Source: Trichoplax sp. H2 (Eukaryota). From it: a stretch of 64,000 nucleotides of DNA. The notes below the pieces were generated by a model that was not told the origin of the DNA, ran no database searches, and was given only the letters and a program-made list of their open reading frames with translations. The DNA lies in assembly GCA_003344405.1 (NCBI GenBank), contig NOWV01000003.1, positions 310,001 through 374,000 on the forward strand, given 5' to 3'. Positions 1-18,215 of this stretch are shown piece after piece (position 1 is the stretch's first letter; each line of letters opens with the position of its first letter). Made by a program: the position numbers and the translations under genes.

Positions 1-670
1 TTATATTTAGATATATCTACAGTCTGTTCGCTCTACATTCAAATATGGCTTACTACATTTAGTTATTACAGTCCTCACTATTTTCTACAATCATCTGCTA
101 TTCTATAACCTGTTATGGCATATGTTGTATCTAATCCTACAATCACGTTCTCTGCATGTGTTCTAATGCCATAGCTATAAATACCGCCGTTTTCTACCTT
201 ATTTGTTAAGTTGCATTATTGGTCACAGTTAGTATTCACACTTTACTCACGGCAGCTACCACGCTGATCTACCGTAACTATCACACTGTACGTAACTACT
301 ATCTACAATAAAGTATCCTCTTTGCTTAAGCTCCTTGTGCAATTCTTTGCATGGTAACTAAAACCACATTATCTGACTCTTCGAACCCTCCATCACATCT
401 AAGATCTTTGAGACTTCGATATTGCCTTATTTACATCTTCTAATACCTGTAAATCGCCTATCTTTTATCCATATATTATAATGAAGCTGATACAGAAATT
501 AGGCTGTGATCACACGATTTTCTATATCTTCTATCCATTCCTATCTGTCTTACTCTTGCTTCAGTTATGATTATGAATTGCCAATATAGTATTATGTTAT
601 CAACTGTTATAACGATTTAATACCGTAAATCTCTAAATTGGATAGTGAATTAATACGGATTAAATTTTAG

Positions 671-3600
671 GTATGCATGGTGTGTGATTCTATGGGAGCA
701 ATCATCGCCTATGACGCTTTAATTAATAATGCTAATCCTTCTCAAGTATCATCGACGGATGCCAGCCCTAGAACACCATCGATTATACCTACCGTTACCA
801 TTGAATCTACATGCTCAAGTCCATCAAAAGTATCGTCCAGTTTTAGCCAAATGGAAATCTCTTGTGATGCAAGTTATGCTTCGAAACACAGAATGAGATA
901 TAACAGTGATAGTGGTTTACCAAGACATGATTGGTACTTTCAATCTGGCTATTCAAATAATCATCTTGGGTCTAGTAACCAGTCGGGAGAGTGCAGTTAC
1001 GCATTAAATAGCGATGGTAAAATAACAAAGATACCGGGTAAAATTGGTAGTTCTCGAAGTTCCATATCAAGAACGAGTTATTCCAGTCAATGTGGCGAAG
1101 TTTATTTCAGTTTCGATGTTGCTGACTTCTTTATGCTTGGTTCACCAATTGCCATGATCTTGATTATGCGGATATTAAAGCAACGTTCAATGACCGATAA
1201 CGGTATTCGAGTTTTAATTTGTATTATATGTATTACGCACAATTTAAGTAAATGTATTATTACTTGTCCTTTTATAATACTTTTCGTCTACATTGTTCAT
1301 GCAGTTCACTAACTTTGATTATATGTTTTGATTAGTTCCTGGCTGTACTCTATTGCGACGCCCTCCTTGTGATCAAGTTTATAATCTATTTTATCCAATA
1401 GATCCTATTGCTGAACGATTGGAACCTGTACTGTTAGGACAGTTTTCTAATATACCATCTATCAGTGTAGTTCGTTTTCAACAATATCCTTTAGGCAACG
1501 GAAAGTTACATTATTTTAAGGATGCTGTTTTTGATAATTCTCAACTATTTTGGCCCCCTACTGTTAATCAATCGATAAATAACCAATCACCTGTTATGCA
1601 GTCTGAGATGACTTCTGAAAAAGGTGCGTCAATATTAAATCAGGATTATCGCCATAGTGAAATACCAAAACGTTCAGATGAACCTTCATCTTTTGATATT
1701 CTCTCCAATAGTAAGTGAGAACTATAATTATTCGCTTACGGACGTAATAGCCCCAATTAGATTATAGCTACTAAGTGAAATCAATTTTTGAAAATCAGTT
1801 TTAACTAGGTGGTGGGGAAATAAACGCCTAGACTACGCTCTTGATTGCCCAAAATCGTTATTCGGGTTTCCAGAGACAGCAATTCCTCACATGTTACATT
1901 CAAGTTATTGGGAATCCTACGATGCTGTGGCTATGATTATTCGTCAAGTTAGCGCCAACATTTATTATTACTAATTCTATCAAATTATAAAATAAAATGC
2001 AAGCTCAATCCTTAGTATCTACAAAGGGAATATGAAATCAATTTTTAGCATAGTTAAAGTTTATATTGGTCAAACAATATGGTCCATTTTTTATAGATAT
2101 TACATGGTAATGGAATTGAAAGCCTGCGAAGAAGTGACCATAGAGCGGAATCATTTTCGTTTACGCCTTCTTATCCAACCGAAAAGTGGCTAAAAAAGAG
2201 GTCTAATGTTAAAGTGATGGTGAGCTTGTTATAGAATAAAACATATATAATATCATTTTACTCAGACATGCATTTAATATTTTCATCCAAATTTAAGAAT
2301 GTAACTGCCAATCATCGAGGCTCGGACATAGTAGTTTTGGAGAGTAAACCACAGTATATAGTTAGTAAATTTGTTTACGGACCTTTGGACATGGTTTCGC
2401 TAACAGGAGAAAAAGTAAATTTACAGTATGATAATATTACATTTAGCAGCTAGCATCAGATATAATTCAATGTTTTAAAATAGCGGGTCGATTCACTAAA
2501 AACTTTGTTAGGTGGATATTTATATCAAAGTCAAAGGAAATTGGGAGTTTTATGATACGGTTATTACTGGTAATCAAGGTAAAATAAAATATACTTTACC
2601 GATGGAACAACAGTTAGGATTAGGTACATTTCCTGTTAAAGCAGTGGTAAGGTATGATATTAATTTATGAGATACCAATAGTAATACACTTAAGCAATTT
2701 TTTTTCAACTAATCAATTCCTATTCCATTAATATCCATTATCAAAGAGGTGATCATACCGTAGCAGATAGCACCTTATTTGTTATTCCACCCGAAACTGA
2801 AGTGGTAGTCTTTAGCATTGACGGGTCGTTCACTGCAAGTGTTTCACTTCGTGGTAAAGATCCAAAGTTGAAACCTGGTGCCGTCGATGTTGTTCGGTGA
2901 GAAAAATAATTTATAATTTATTAGTATATACTAATTACTACGATAGTTAACAAATTACTGCGCTAAGCTAGCGTAGAATTGATGGAGAATTAGTGTAAAT
3001 GTAATCTGAATTTATATAGTATTCAAAATTTCGTAGCAATACCATAGTTTTATTAATTGTAGCGTTAGCGAATATTGACAGATGCATCTGCTGTAGTCTG
3101 CTAGAAATTGATTTATTTTTGGCAGTTTATTCTGCGTATGCTAGCTATAAATTAAGGCTACTCACATATGTTTGAAACATCAGTAAATATTAGATCTCCT
3201 ACATGTTCTCCTCGAATTCTTACCTCTAAAAACTTTAGTAATCGCTCAATTAATAACATTACTGATCTTTTAAATTGTAACTGCCTTCGATAAAAAGTTT
3301 ATTCTATTTTTACGCTATCTCACATTACCATGAATGATAAACAATAGTTGTGCATATACAATGCACGTATATATTTTAATACCATTTATTTTAATGATAT
3401 TAATGAAGATTCACAATATAAACAGGCATTGGCAAGATCTAGGATATCTCATAGTTTATGTTACAGGAAGACCAGAAATGCAAAAGAATAGGATCATGGC
3501 CTGGCTAACAGCTCATAATTTCCCGTTTGGTATCGTTTCTTTTTCTGATGGAATATCACCCGATCGTACGAAATATAAACTATCATTCTTGAAGTATTTG

Positions 3601-4254
3601 ACTATGGAGGTATGATTTATCATGATTCGGCTAATACTATAATAATCTTATTACCTTAGAGAATGATAAGATATTAATCTTTAACTGTATAAATGCTTTT
3701 GCATAGGTTAAAATCACGATTCATGTTGCTTATGGTTCACCTAAAGATATTGCCACATATAAAGAAATTGGATTAGCGCCACATCAAATCTATATTGTCA
3801 GTAAGAAAGCCAAGAAGAAATATAGTGTACAAGTAAGTAGAAGATTTTAATGCTTATCTTTGATTAATTAATTAACTGTTTTCATGTATTATTGATTTAC
3901 AGATTGAAGCTATTGATACTGTTGCTGCTATCTAGTGTTTGTATGTTAACTTTGAATAATTTTATTATTTACCAGTTTATCATTGATGGCTACGCGCAAC
4001 ATCTAATGGATTTAGCATCCGTATCATCGTCGAGGCCAGCAGTGGGTCGTGGTAGAATTGTTGCAAGTCGAAGTCGTTTTAGCTTACCTAACAGCGGCAT
4101 TACTAATAAATTTGATGGTTCAACCTTAGAATCTTTTAGAAACATAACAAGGAGCCGGTATAGGGCAGATTCAGACACCAAAAATTATAAAGCTAACGAT
4201 CAGAGAAATAGTAAAAATGTCTCAAAGTATTATTCTATTGAAACTGTTGTATGA
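671..4254 (+). CDS. PITPNM: Membrane-associated phosphatidylinositol transfer protein (PITPNM/Nir2/rdgB family), 3' portion with DDHD and LNS2 domains; multi-exon, 5' exons lie upstream of the window
   Basis: Spliced exons give VCMVCDSMGAIIAYDAL, FDVADFFMLGSPIAMIL, PPCDQVYNLFYPIDPIAERLEP, WWGNKRLDYALDCP...HSSYWESYD, NVTANHRGSD, FVYGPLDMVSLTGEKVDIY, VVFSIDGSFTASVSLRGKDPK, RHWQDLGYLIVYVTGRP, AYGSPKDI and DGYAQHL. These match family motifs. GT-AG introns; stop at 4252-4254. Confidence 0.93.
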
Positions 4255-5952
4255 TTATTAATACTTCAACCTATTTGTGTTCGTAGCGTAGTCTCTATCT
4301 AAATAAAAATGCTGGAAATTTATCTTTTTAAGACAAGCCTTTATATTGACAAAAAGGATAATTTATGTTGACTTGTGCTAAACTGACTAGCGATTAGCTT
4401 GTTGCTATGCTATTGCTTTCAAATTTAAATTTTTTTGATCATATTACTGTTGGCTCGGCTATGCTTATGCAAATCAAATAAAAATGATTTAGATTGATAA
4501 ATCTTCATCAGTTGGCATTAAGAAAATTGCATCTTCAATGCCTTCATTGCGGTTACTGTAAGCCAAACTTTGCATCTTTTGGAGGCTTCCTAATTTTCCC
4601 ACATCGTTTAATAATTTAACTTACTATATTCATTACTCTTGGCTCTATATACCGTAGTGCTGCAGTAACATCAGAGTCTCTTGCTTTAAGAATGTTAATG
4701 AAAGAGGTTAAATGATTTTTTGAGTTAGCTGCATCAACTTGAATGACATACAGTAACAGTATACTATCGATTAATGCTATATGGGAATATACTCGATTCG
4801 CTTTTCAATAGAGATACAATTAAAGCAAATTTCGGGAAGCCGTTAGTCAAAAGAACTTATTTACAGTAGTATGGGAAATGGGTTAATTCTTAGGAACAAC
4901 AATATCACAATTATGGTCAGTGTGACATGAGGACAGGTAAGAAAGAACTGAATTTCATTTAAAACTGCTCGATGCTTATCCAAATGAAATTTAATTAATC
5001 AAAATAAGAAAATATACGTTGATTAAGTGGATATTACAGTGAAAAATTCGTCATCTAATATTGATACAGCAGAACCTAGAACACATTCCAGTATCTAGCA
5101 AAACTAGGGTATAAGATATGCTAGTAAAATATGCAAATTTAAAAAAATTCTATGATGATAATAAGTTAAAAATGCAAGGATTCTCTAATGAGCAACCCAA
5201 ATACCATAGATTTTTTATTCATAAGGATACCTTACTTCATTTTGCTACAGTGCTTAATGCTTAACAGCAGTAATTACGAAAATATAAAACTTTCCAGGGG
5301 TATCAACTAGTGTTAATCGGGTAACAATCTAGGAATTGCCTGTCTGACTTTTAGAGATTCCGTACAACAAGAAGGCAGTTTTTATCATTTAGAACGTAAT
5401 TCAATATTATACAGTAGCAACAGCAGATTGTAGCAGTAGGTAAAAAACTAAGGCATTGCTCATATGTTACGACCTCGATTATGAAATAAATATTCAGACT
5501 ACCTGCATATTTGAAGATATCATGTGAAAAGGCATAAAATATTTGAAAGTTACACACATATTCCTAATAAAAGCTATGCAGGTGTCCGCAGCTCAACACC
5601 TCTTACATACTGGAAGCATGACATTTCTCATCCAATAGAAAATTAATAATTTTTTCATTTGTCGAAGTCTATAGATTAATATAGTTTGAATTATAAATGT
5701 TAATTAGTTAAGCATTAACGTAGAACTAGAAACTAGAAAAGATTTTGGTAGATTTTCAGAGCATAGAATTTCTATAATGAGGTGGATGACGACAATGTCT
5801 TGGGCGTAAAATTGTACAGAAGTATCGATAAGTAAAAATATATTTTCCTGCTTCTGCTACCTCGTATCTTTACTAATAAAATCAATTTAGAACTGAGCTT
5901 ATCCTTTTTACAAGGCACGTGCCGATAGCGTTCAGATACTCGCAGTTATCGA

Positions 5953-8571
5953 TTATTCATCATTTATGATCTCGACAGTCAAAGATGACCGATTATTTAG
6001 CGCGAGATATGTTTCATTTTTACGCCGATTCTTCAGAAGTAATCGCAGATCCGTTCTTTTTAGTTTATTTTCATCTTCTTCATCAGCTCTCATTCGCATC
6101 CGTTTTATTCTGGGTTCATCTACTTCCATGGCTTCATCATTTTCCTTGATATCAGGATTATCCTTACAGTCTTGGCCAGAGTCAACAACATCCATTTCAT
6201 CCTTGTCAATAGCGATATCTGGCGAACATAATTTCTCTTGTCCTTTCTGATTTCTTCGTTTCCTATAGATATTTAAAAGTTATGATTCGCCCATCGATAC
6301 TATAAATTGATCGAGAGAGTGTAATATCCTTTCACCTTGATTGGGTAACGATACCCTTTCTACTTCCTATGAACAGCGAGGAAATAAATTACTATTAAAT
6401 TCTGAAGTATGCAACTGTAAAATGCAATATAAATTGAATAAATTAGTTAGTCGTTCTACTGTAAAAAGTTTAATTACCGTGTTGGTTTGGATTGCCGTAT
6501 TTTAAGTAGTAGTTGCTATACTTTGCGATACCTTTGATTTTTTTATCATCTGGATCGAAGTTTGTGACGAGTTAATATAAGAATAACAACAACAGCAATA
6601 TTGAAATAACTTTCAAAATAATTGCGTTATTTACTTATTGTAGCGTAACGAATAAGTAATAACTTCGCTTTTGAACAAGGTTCTCCAAACCTCCACTGTA
6701 GCTTATCATCTAGAAACGCATTCAATGGTATAGCAACAAAATAAATACAGGTCAAAAGAGTATTAAAGATTATTTTCAGTACCAAATTGCGACATTTCAC
6801 AAATCACGAATACTAATGAATAAAAAACCAAGTCACCGGTAGAAGCAGCTATATTACGATGATCTCGAATGACAATCGATTGTTTAAGCGAGATTTCTTG
6901 ACTTCTAGCACTAAATGCTCGCTTGGCTGTATTTTCATCATCCCAAATAACATTGCCTTTATAATAATTACATAATAATTAATACGGTAAATCTTTATTA
7001 TTGTGTATCTAGGCGTCCATGACGCTTGCAAGCTGTAGGATTTCGATAGCAGCATAACGATATGTAATATTTTATGGTACAATGGCCTTCTAAATCGATT
7101 AGATTAGCTTTATTTCGTGATTTTATTCGCTCTTGTTGCTTAATATGTAATTCGTTAATACAGCTCTCAGTTCACCAAAACTTCTGTGCTTACTTACAAG
7201 AAGAATCGTTAATCCATTCAATACTACCCGGGGGAAATTTTTCGAAATAGCGGATAACATCTTTAGTGCTCATTTCGTCGGTTCCGTGAAGATGTAGAGC
7301 GTTCAGTCGGATATCGCCTTCGATTTTATAACTAATAACAAAATTATCGGTAATAAACGGTGGCAGCTTAAAGCGTAAATTGAAATATAACTACTATATT
7401 AGCATTTAGGGTAAAGGTACAATTATAAAACATAAATAATTACCATTTTGTATCTTTTATCCAATGAAACTATTGAGAAACTGACATACGAATATAAGAT
7501 ATGAATTAATCATAGCTAAATATACGTATGTTACCTTGGCAATTCTAATTCGCTGCAGCTTTCGATTTCCGCATCTTCTTTATTTATTCTGTTCTGTGAA
7601 TCAGTAGGACCGAATCGCAGAAACCTTTCATTCTTTTTTTGTTCTAAGTCTTCCTGCTTAATTTTCTCGGTTTGGTCAGCCTCAACTAAATTCTGACATC
7701 GTAGACCAAATCTTAGAGCTCGTTGTTTTCTTTTATGATCTTCCTCCTGACGTCAAAATGGAATGGTTAGTCTTAACATTCCTTAGAATCCGACTTAATT
7801 ATTTGGTGTATTCCTATCTTCTATCTTACATAAGACAACTGCCAATCATCATACTAGTGGTAAGCGAGAGTAAGACTAAAGAAGAGAACTTTAACTATAA
7901 AATTGCCGAAGCCGAAGGTATGGCTAATACTATAGATATGCAAAATGTTGCACATGGAGATAAGACACATACACCTAACAAATTTATGTATCACCACCAT
8001 AGACTAACCTCAGTGGTGACGTCAAATCCCGTAATAAAATTGCCATATAAATTCTGATGGGTCGGATCTGATACCTGTATCCCAGAACGATATCTTAAAT
8101 AAATAGCAATCTCCTACAGTACAAATACTGTACTAATGTTACAGCCATAGTGATCATAAGATTACATATTCCGTATCTGCTGGGTTGTCTCAGTTTATCA
8201 TTATGAATCAAGCCAATCGTGTGTAGACAATCAGTGAGTGGACGATAATTATAATTATAAAGTGTAACACGTTAAAACAGGGGCCCGCTAATTAATCTGT
8301 ATTTTTGTGCTGAAGCATGGATTAGCTAATTAGTAATCTATGGTTGCAGTCTTTCACATAAGACAACCTTTAGCAGCTATCATAGAACGGATACGCGTAG
8401 ATATTGCATGCGTAAACGCATAAATCAAGCAGGCGAGTTAAAAGAATGATTTGTATAGTACAGACTATATTATAGCACCTTATATTGAGGATTTACTTCT
8501 AAATCAATTTCTGAAAACGAAATTTCTGCCTTTTGTAGGTTAGAGTGGCTTGTTTCTTGACTTTTAGCCAT
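5953..8571 (-). CDS. NCBP3: Nuclear cap-binding protein subunit 3 (C17orf85/ELG), multi-exon
   Basis: Minus-strand exons read GNFITGFDVTTE-EEDHKRKQRALRF, IRLNALHLHGTDEMSTKDVIRYFEKFPPGSIEWINDSSCNAVWD, LLIRYATI-DDKKIKGIAKYSNYYLKYGNPN and RMRMRADEE, all NCBP3 hallmarks. Putative ATG at 8571; a probable 5'UTR exon lies near 8790. Confidence 0.9.
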
Positions 8572-8699
8572 GAATGAAGGGTGATCGTCAACGTCAATAT
8601 AATCAACTGTAAAATTAAAATTGAAAGAAAGTAATAAAAATAATAAAAATTCTAGTATTCTTTTGATCTCTAGCTTCTCAGGTACAGTTGATACTTGAC

Positions 8700-9010
8700 A
8701 GCAAGCAGTCTACAGTAATATTGTACTGTACTGTACTGAAGCAGTTCGTTTGTACAGTACAGGAAAGGTCTGTGAAAATGATATGTCTCACCGCGAAATC
8801 GATACTGTATTCACTAGACTGTGAGAAATAACCCAAAACATGACATACTGTACGGTACTGTTAGGCCAGCCAGGGGCTGCAGATTCCATAAACGAACCCT
8901 CAGTTGTACAGTACAGTACTACAATACTATACTGTACTGTACTGTACACTGTACAGTTGCAATCGTGTGGTAATCCTTGTTTACCATATTATTTTACTGT
9001 TTACAGCAGA
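8700..9010. promoter_or_regulatory. CAGTA/TACTG pentamer array in the divergent NCBP3/F-box-LRR promoter
   Basis: Runs such as ttgtactgtactgtactg and gtacagtacagtactacaatactatactgtactgtactgtacactgtacag lie between two head-to-head ATGs (8571 and 9253). The regulatory role is inferred from position. Confidence 0.6.
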
Positions 9011-9252
9011 TGGCATAGTAGTAGATATTTCGTTCGGGATAGTTCACGATAACGTAAATGTACCGTTAGATTAGATTAATTATTATAATTACGATTATAG
9101 TTTTATAGTTATCTATACAACCGAGTAAGATTTTAAAATGTGGTAGTGCAGTGTTAGGTAAAATATTATATTATAGTAATTAAGTTTATCAGAATGTCAA
9201 AGACAGTATTTGACTCACTGTATAGTACAGTATAAGAGGATAATAAACTGTT

Positions 9253-11556
9253 ATGAGTCAGTTAACATTTGTATCGAAGACTGTACTACAAGACTTACCT
9301 GATGACGTGCTCCTGTCCATTTTTACTTATTTTTCTCATGGAGAATTATGCCAGATAATCGGTTGTGTTTGTAGGCATTGGCACTCGCTATCACGAGATC
9401 CCTGTCTATGGAAACATATTAACTTATCGAATTATAGTCATTCAATGACTTATCAAGCTATCAAGACTGCATGTCACTATTTTCGGACTGCCTATTCCCT
9501 TAAACTACCATGTTACGATTGTTTTAAAGACGATAACCTTGTTTCAATTGTCCGTTTCTGCCCTACATTATATAAGATTGATTGTTCTTTTTGTGTAGCT
9601 ATCACCTGCCAGGCAATTGTAAGCTTAGTTGATTGCTGTCCAAATCTTATTGATATAAATTTAGAAGGTTCAAACATTAAAGATCGTGCCGTACAGGTTA
9701 TGTCAAAGCTGAAACTTAGGTCAATCAATCTGTCTCATTGCACTAGATTGACAGATGAAAGTTTATACCTGCTAGGAAACGGTAATTGAAATGTTTAATA
9801 ATTAATTATCACACATGATGGACGTTTTTTTAGAAATATATTATCTAGACTCAGTTCTTTTCATGTGCTTTTTAGCTTTATCGCGTTCACTATTCATTGC
9901 TCAGTCTGCTTTTATAGAAGTAGTCTCAACATAGGCGCACTATACTCTATTTAACCATTTAACTATGGAAGTTATTTTTGAACTCATAAATTTACAAGTT
10001 TTTATTTATATAATCTTGATTACCGATGTCATTAACTAATTATACTAATTGATTACGTATATGATTAATTTGCAAGTAGTAAATTGGAAGGCTATAATGA
10101 TTATGCAACTATCGTGAACGAAGATACTTTTTATTCTATAGGTTATAGTTACTTGGAAATCGTTAATTTGGATGGCATTGAATTCAACCAGTCAGCTGTC
10201 ATATATTTCATCGCATTATGCAAAGATCGAATAAAATCTATTTGTATAGATGGCGCTAATCTCTCAGATTTCGCTTTAGAATTTATTTCTCATTGTAAAT
10301 TGCTACATAAATTAGATATTTCTTTTTGTGATCAGATGACAAGTGCTGCTCTTTACCACCTTAGGGTAAGCGAGAAGAATGCATTGTTTATTGCGTAAAT
10401 ATAAGCTTAAGATATCGCTTATAGTAAGCCAATGGAATACAGTAAATTAATTGGTTAATGCATACCTTAATATCGTGCATATTTATCTATTATTTCTTAA
10501 GGGCTAGAGACATAAATATCTACAGTTCGTTGTATATATATTACGACTGCTGATAATTCCATTACAAGTTAATAATCATGACAATGATAAACAGAAATTA
10601 ATCTTAAATATTATAATGGGGTCTTTTTTATAATTTAAACTGTACCTCGACGTAATACTGTATAATAAACTTTTTATACATAGGCACTGAAAGATTTAAG
10701 ATCTTTGCGATTGAAGAAGGGTCATAATTTTACAAATGATGCATTAAATGACTTATTCAATTACGTAATACTTACCCGTAACATTCACTGGTCGTGTCAC
10801 ATTACATTGCTAGACTTAACTGAGTGCAGCCAATTAGATAATAATGGATTACATTCTATAGCAGCAAAGTAAGTTATCAATCAAAATACTGTAATAATAC
10901 AATCGTGATTCGCGCGTTACAACAATTTTAATTACTAGCTTTGAGGCGATACTTTATGATACTGTAGGTGTACATCATGACTGATTCGATAGAACTTTTC
11001 ACTTTATTCTAAATGTCTCAGCTGTCCTCAACTAAAAGAATTAAATTTGTCATGGTGTTGGAATATTAGTGATACAGGTGTTGATTATATCTTAAGGATG
11101 TGCAGGTATGCAATAATTAATTTCTATAGTGCTATACAATGAAATAGCGCGTTATTTTCAAAGTGGCTTAATTTATATGAGTTAAATCTATCTGAAGTTT
11201 TCGTATTTATTTTCTGTTCTACTACCTGAAACTAAATACCGCCCTTTTACTTCGCGACGATTTTCAGATTATTGGTTTCAGTAATACTAATTGGATTGCA
11301 TCAAATTACCTGTAACAACTTAGTTGATGCTCCTTCTTTTTGGAAGTATCTTAAGTTTTTAAATTTAACATGCTGTAATTCCGTAAGTATAATAGTGCAG
11401 TGCGGCTGGCTATCTTAAAATCAGCTTTTCGATTCAGCTAACATGACTGATTTTTGATAGGTAAAAGATTCAGTTGTTAAAGAGCTAGCCAGAAATATGA
11501 AAAATCTGTTAATCATTGACTATTATGGAGAGAGAATTGATCTTATGCAGCCTTAA
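9253..11556 (+). CDS. F-box/leucine-rich-repeat protein (FBXL family), multi-exon
   Basis: N-terminal F-box (LQDLPDDVLLSIFTYFSHGELCQIIGCVCRHWHSLSRDPCLWKHINLS) followed by cysteine-containing LRRs (LRSINLSHCTRLTDESL, LDISFCDQMT, LDLTECSQLDNNGL, CPQLKELNLSWCWNISDTGV). Ends IIDYYGERIDLMQP*. Confidence 0.88.
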
Positions 11557-12341
11557 GTGAAGTTAACTTAATGTAATCAACTTAAAGAAAAGTATGTGAT
11601 ACTCGCTTACTTTAGCATAAAGGAAATGATTTAGTCTACGTATGTTATTCCATTATTGAACTTAAAAATGTCTAAAGCATCAGATTAAAATTCTGAAATC
11701 TTGCATTGTCGTATTTGAGAGCCTGTTTTGAGTCAGTGTAGTTACTAAATGTCAGTAGTTGTTACTGTTTAAAAATAATTTATGATGGGAATTAACGTAA
11801 CAACTTTCTTGAGAGTGTTACGTATGCAGTGATTGAGAAACCATCAATTATATGTAAATACTACTGATGCAAATGTAATATTCGTACTTATTAAGGAGAA
11901 TTTACGGTCCTATCAGCTCTAGTGGCCAAGAGCTAGGATTAGTTATTTGTTTACTTATGGCAATTTCTTATTATGCATTACTGGTATATTCATTTTAATT
12001 ATTGTTTTATTAGCGAATTGAAAATTTCATTCAGTTTTTGAAAGAAGATCAATTTAATCGGATTAAATTAACTCTTACGCGTATTTATTGTTTGCCTGTA
12101 CCTTGAACTTTACTCTTAAAAGAATTACTAGCTGTTAGTATAACTTAAGACAGATCTCGAAATTTAAGTATATTTCCTCCAATTTCATGTTATAGGTAGT
12201 AATTTTAGTATGACGTATGACGTACTAAAGATGCGAGTGCTGACAAGAGTAATAAAAATGTTTCGTATCCATGTCTATGTCAGGATTACGATGCGTTAGT
12301 CGCTGAAAGCCTATCTAATATCATGCACATATCTTAAAACT

Positions 12342-16300
<3,959 letters not shown>

Positions 16301-16381
16301 GCTGTATTCAATTTATCGTATTCAAGTAATATAGGTCCAGTAAGCAAGTATTGAACAAGAAAGGCTAAATGCAGATGTCAA

Positions 16382-16690
16382 ATACAGTGCTACAGTACAT
16401 CTAATTTGGTAAATCTGATTGATTTATACTGTACTGTACTGTACTGTACAGTACAATATGGTCGCTATACAGTACATTGTACTGTACAGTACTGTAATCG
16501 TCATCCGTCTGCCCCATACTGTACTGTAGTACTGTACAGTACAGTAATACGATACTGTAACAATACTGTACAGTACAGTACTTTGATCTTTTGTCGATCG
16601 GCTTAATTGAAGTACTGTACTGTACTGTACAAGTGTACAGTACAGGACAGTTCAGCAAAAGGGATCCCACTGAGTAATATTGTACTGGAA
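16382..16690. promoter_or_regulatory. CAGTA/TACTG pentamer array immediately upstream of ASL (divergent ASL/KIF12 region)
   Basis: Dense tactgtactgtactgtactgtacagtac... runs start about 80 bp upstream of the ASL ATG. Confidence 0.6.
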
Positions 16691-18079
16691 GTGATAATTT
16701 TTGATGTTCGAAAATAAACCGGACAAATTCTGGAGTTACAGACTACAACAATATACTGTATTGTATTATTTTTTTTTACCAGACTGAAATTAACTTCACT
16801 TTGTACTTTTCCGGTGATTAAGAGTGCTGTAATCCTTAATTCAGTGTACCGTATCGAACTGCAAAATCAGAGGAAGACAGTACAGTCATGGAGTACTAGA
16901 TGTACATTAGTGTGATTATATATAGTTATATATAGTATTATTTTCGATAGCAAAATCGGAAAATAAATTTGTATAGCATATACATTAAATTAAGCCTAAA
17001 CTCGGTGAATTTCATACGTAGATGTATACGTACATATAAATTCTACAAAGAGATTTCAGCAAATTAAAAATTTTAATTTTTTGACGAAATTTTGTCATCG
17101 AAAACAATTAATCACTCTTGTAATTTAGTAGGCCATAATGTGCGGTACAGTTACACTATACAGTTATGAGATATTTAACATTTACAGTATAACATTTATC
17201 AATATCTGAAATTGACAGTCTGTCAAGGACTTTTTTGATTTAATCGTGTCCATTGTTTAAGACTGTGTTAACATTGTAACATTGTAGGCAATTTCCGATG
17301 CCGGTATATTAAAGACAAAGTTTATTAATAATTAACTATGAAATTAGCAATATGCAAATTCATGTGAAAGAATTAATTAGATTTATAGTAATGATAGATA
17401 CTGATAATAAATTGCAGGCATTAACCGTAATTTAATATAATCGATTGCGTCCAACATTGAAACTTGATTACAGAATATTATATACGTACACGGCAGTATC
17501 CTACTATTTGTTACATTGATATTTTTGCAGTTTGTTCAAACCGATGGAAAAATCGAAGATTTCTCTGAATATTTTTGATACCATCGCACGTACACTGTAC
17601 TCGTAACCCTATAAAGGTTCTGTCAATTGACAAGTCATTTCCCTCATAGTTTGTAAATCTAGATACTCTTAATGATTAATAACTATTTCGGATAGCTGCG
17701 GTAAATTATGCTATATTATGAAACTCGATAAGTTAGCACGAGGGACTTTGATACACTTCACCTAGTAGGCTTACTAGAAATCACTTTTTATTTAGGATTT
17801 ACTGCATTTAAATAGTATAGCCGTAATACCGCATTACTGTATACCTATCTTAGTAATTCATTACCTTATCTTATCGCAACACATTAGGGGTGCAGTACAT
17901 CAGGTTATTGTATTCTTACATACAGTACATAATACATGGCTTTTTAAAAAACCAAGCTAAAAGAAGAGCCGCTAGATTGTATTGATAGCATGCTCAGTTT
18001 CAGGTAAATTACAGCATAAACAAAGTGATCGAAGGCGCCTTATTGATCGTCGACAGTTACCGAGTAAAAGTGATGATAA

Positions 18080-18215
18080 TGTACAGTACCGTAGTTCTAA
18101 TTGGAATTTCAAACGTGCCGCCTATAATTTGGCTACATTAATCCATACTACAGTACTACAGTAAGTAGGTACAGTACAGTATTGGGATGCACACAAGTAC
18201 AGCACGTACAGCATG
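18080..18215. promoter_or_regulatory. Smaller CAGTA array, possible KIF12 (alternative) promoter or first UTR exon
   Basis: gtacagtacc, tactacagtactacagtaagtaggtacagtacagta; includes a ca|gtaagt donor-like site upstream of the KIF12 coding exons. Confidence 0.35.

Noticed and set aside
5221..5232. Minus-strand GTATCCTTAT resembling a U12 5' splice site
   Set aside because: No open exon ends there and no convincing U12 branch point was found. It is probably chance.
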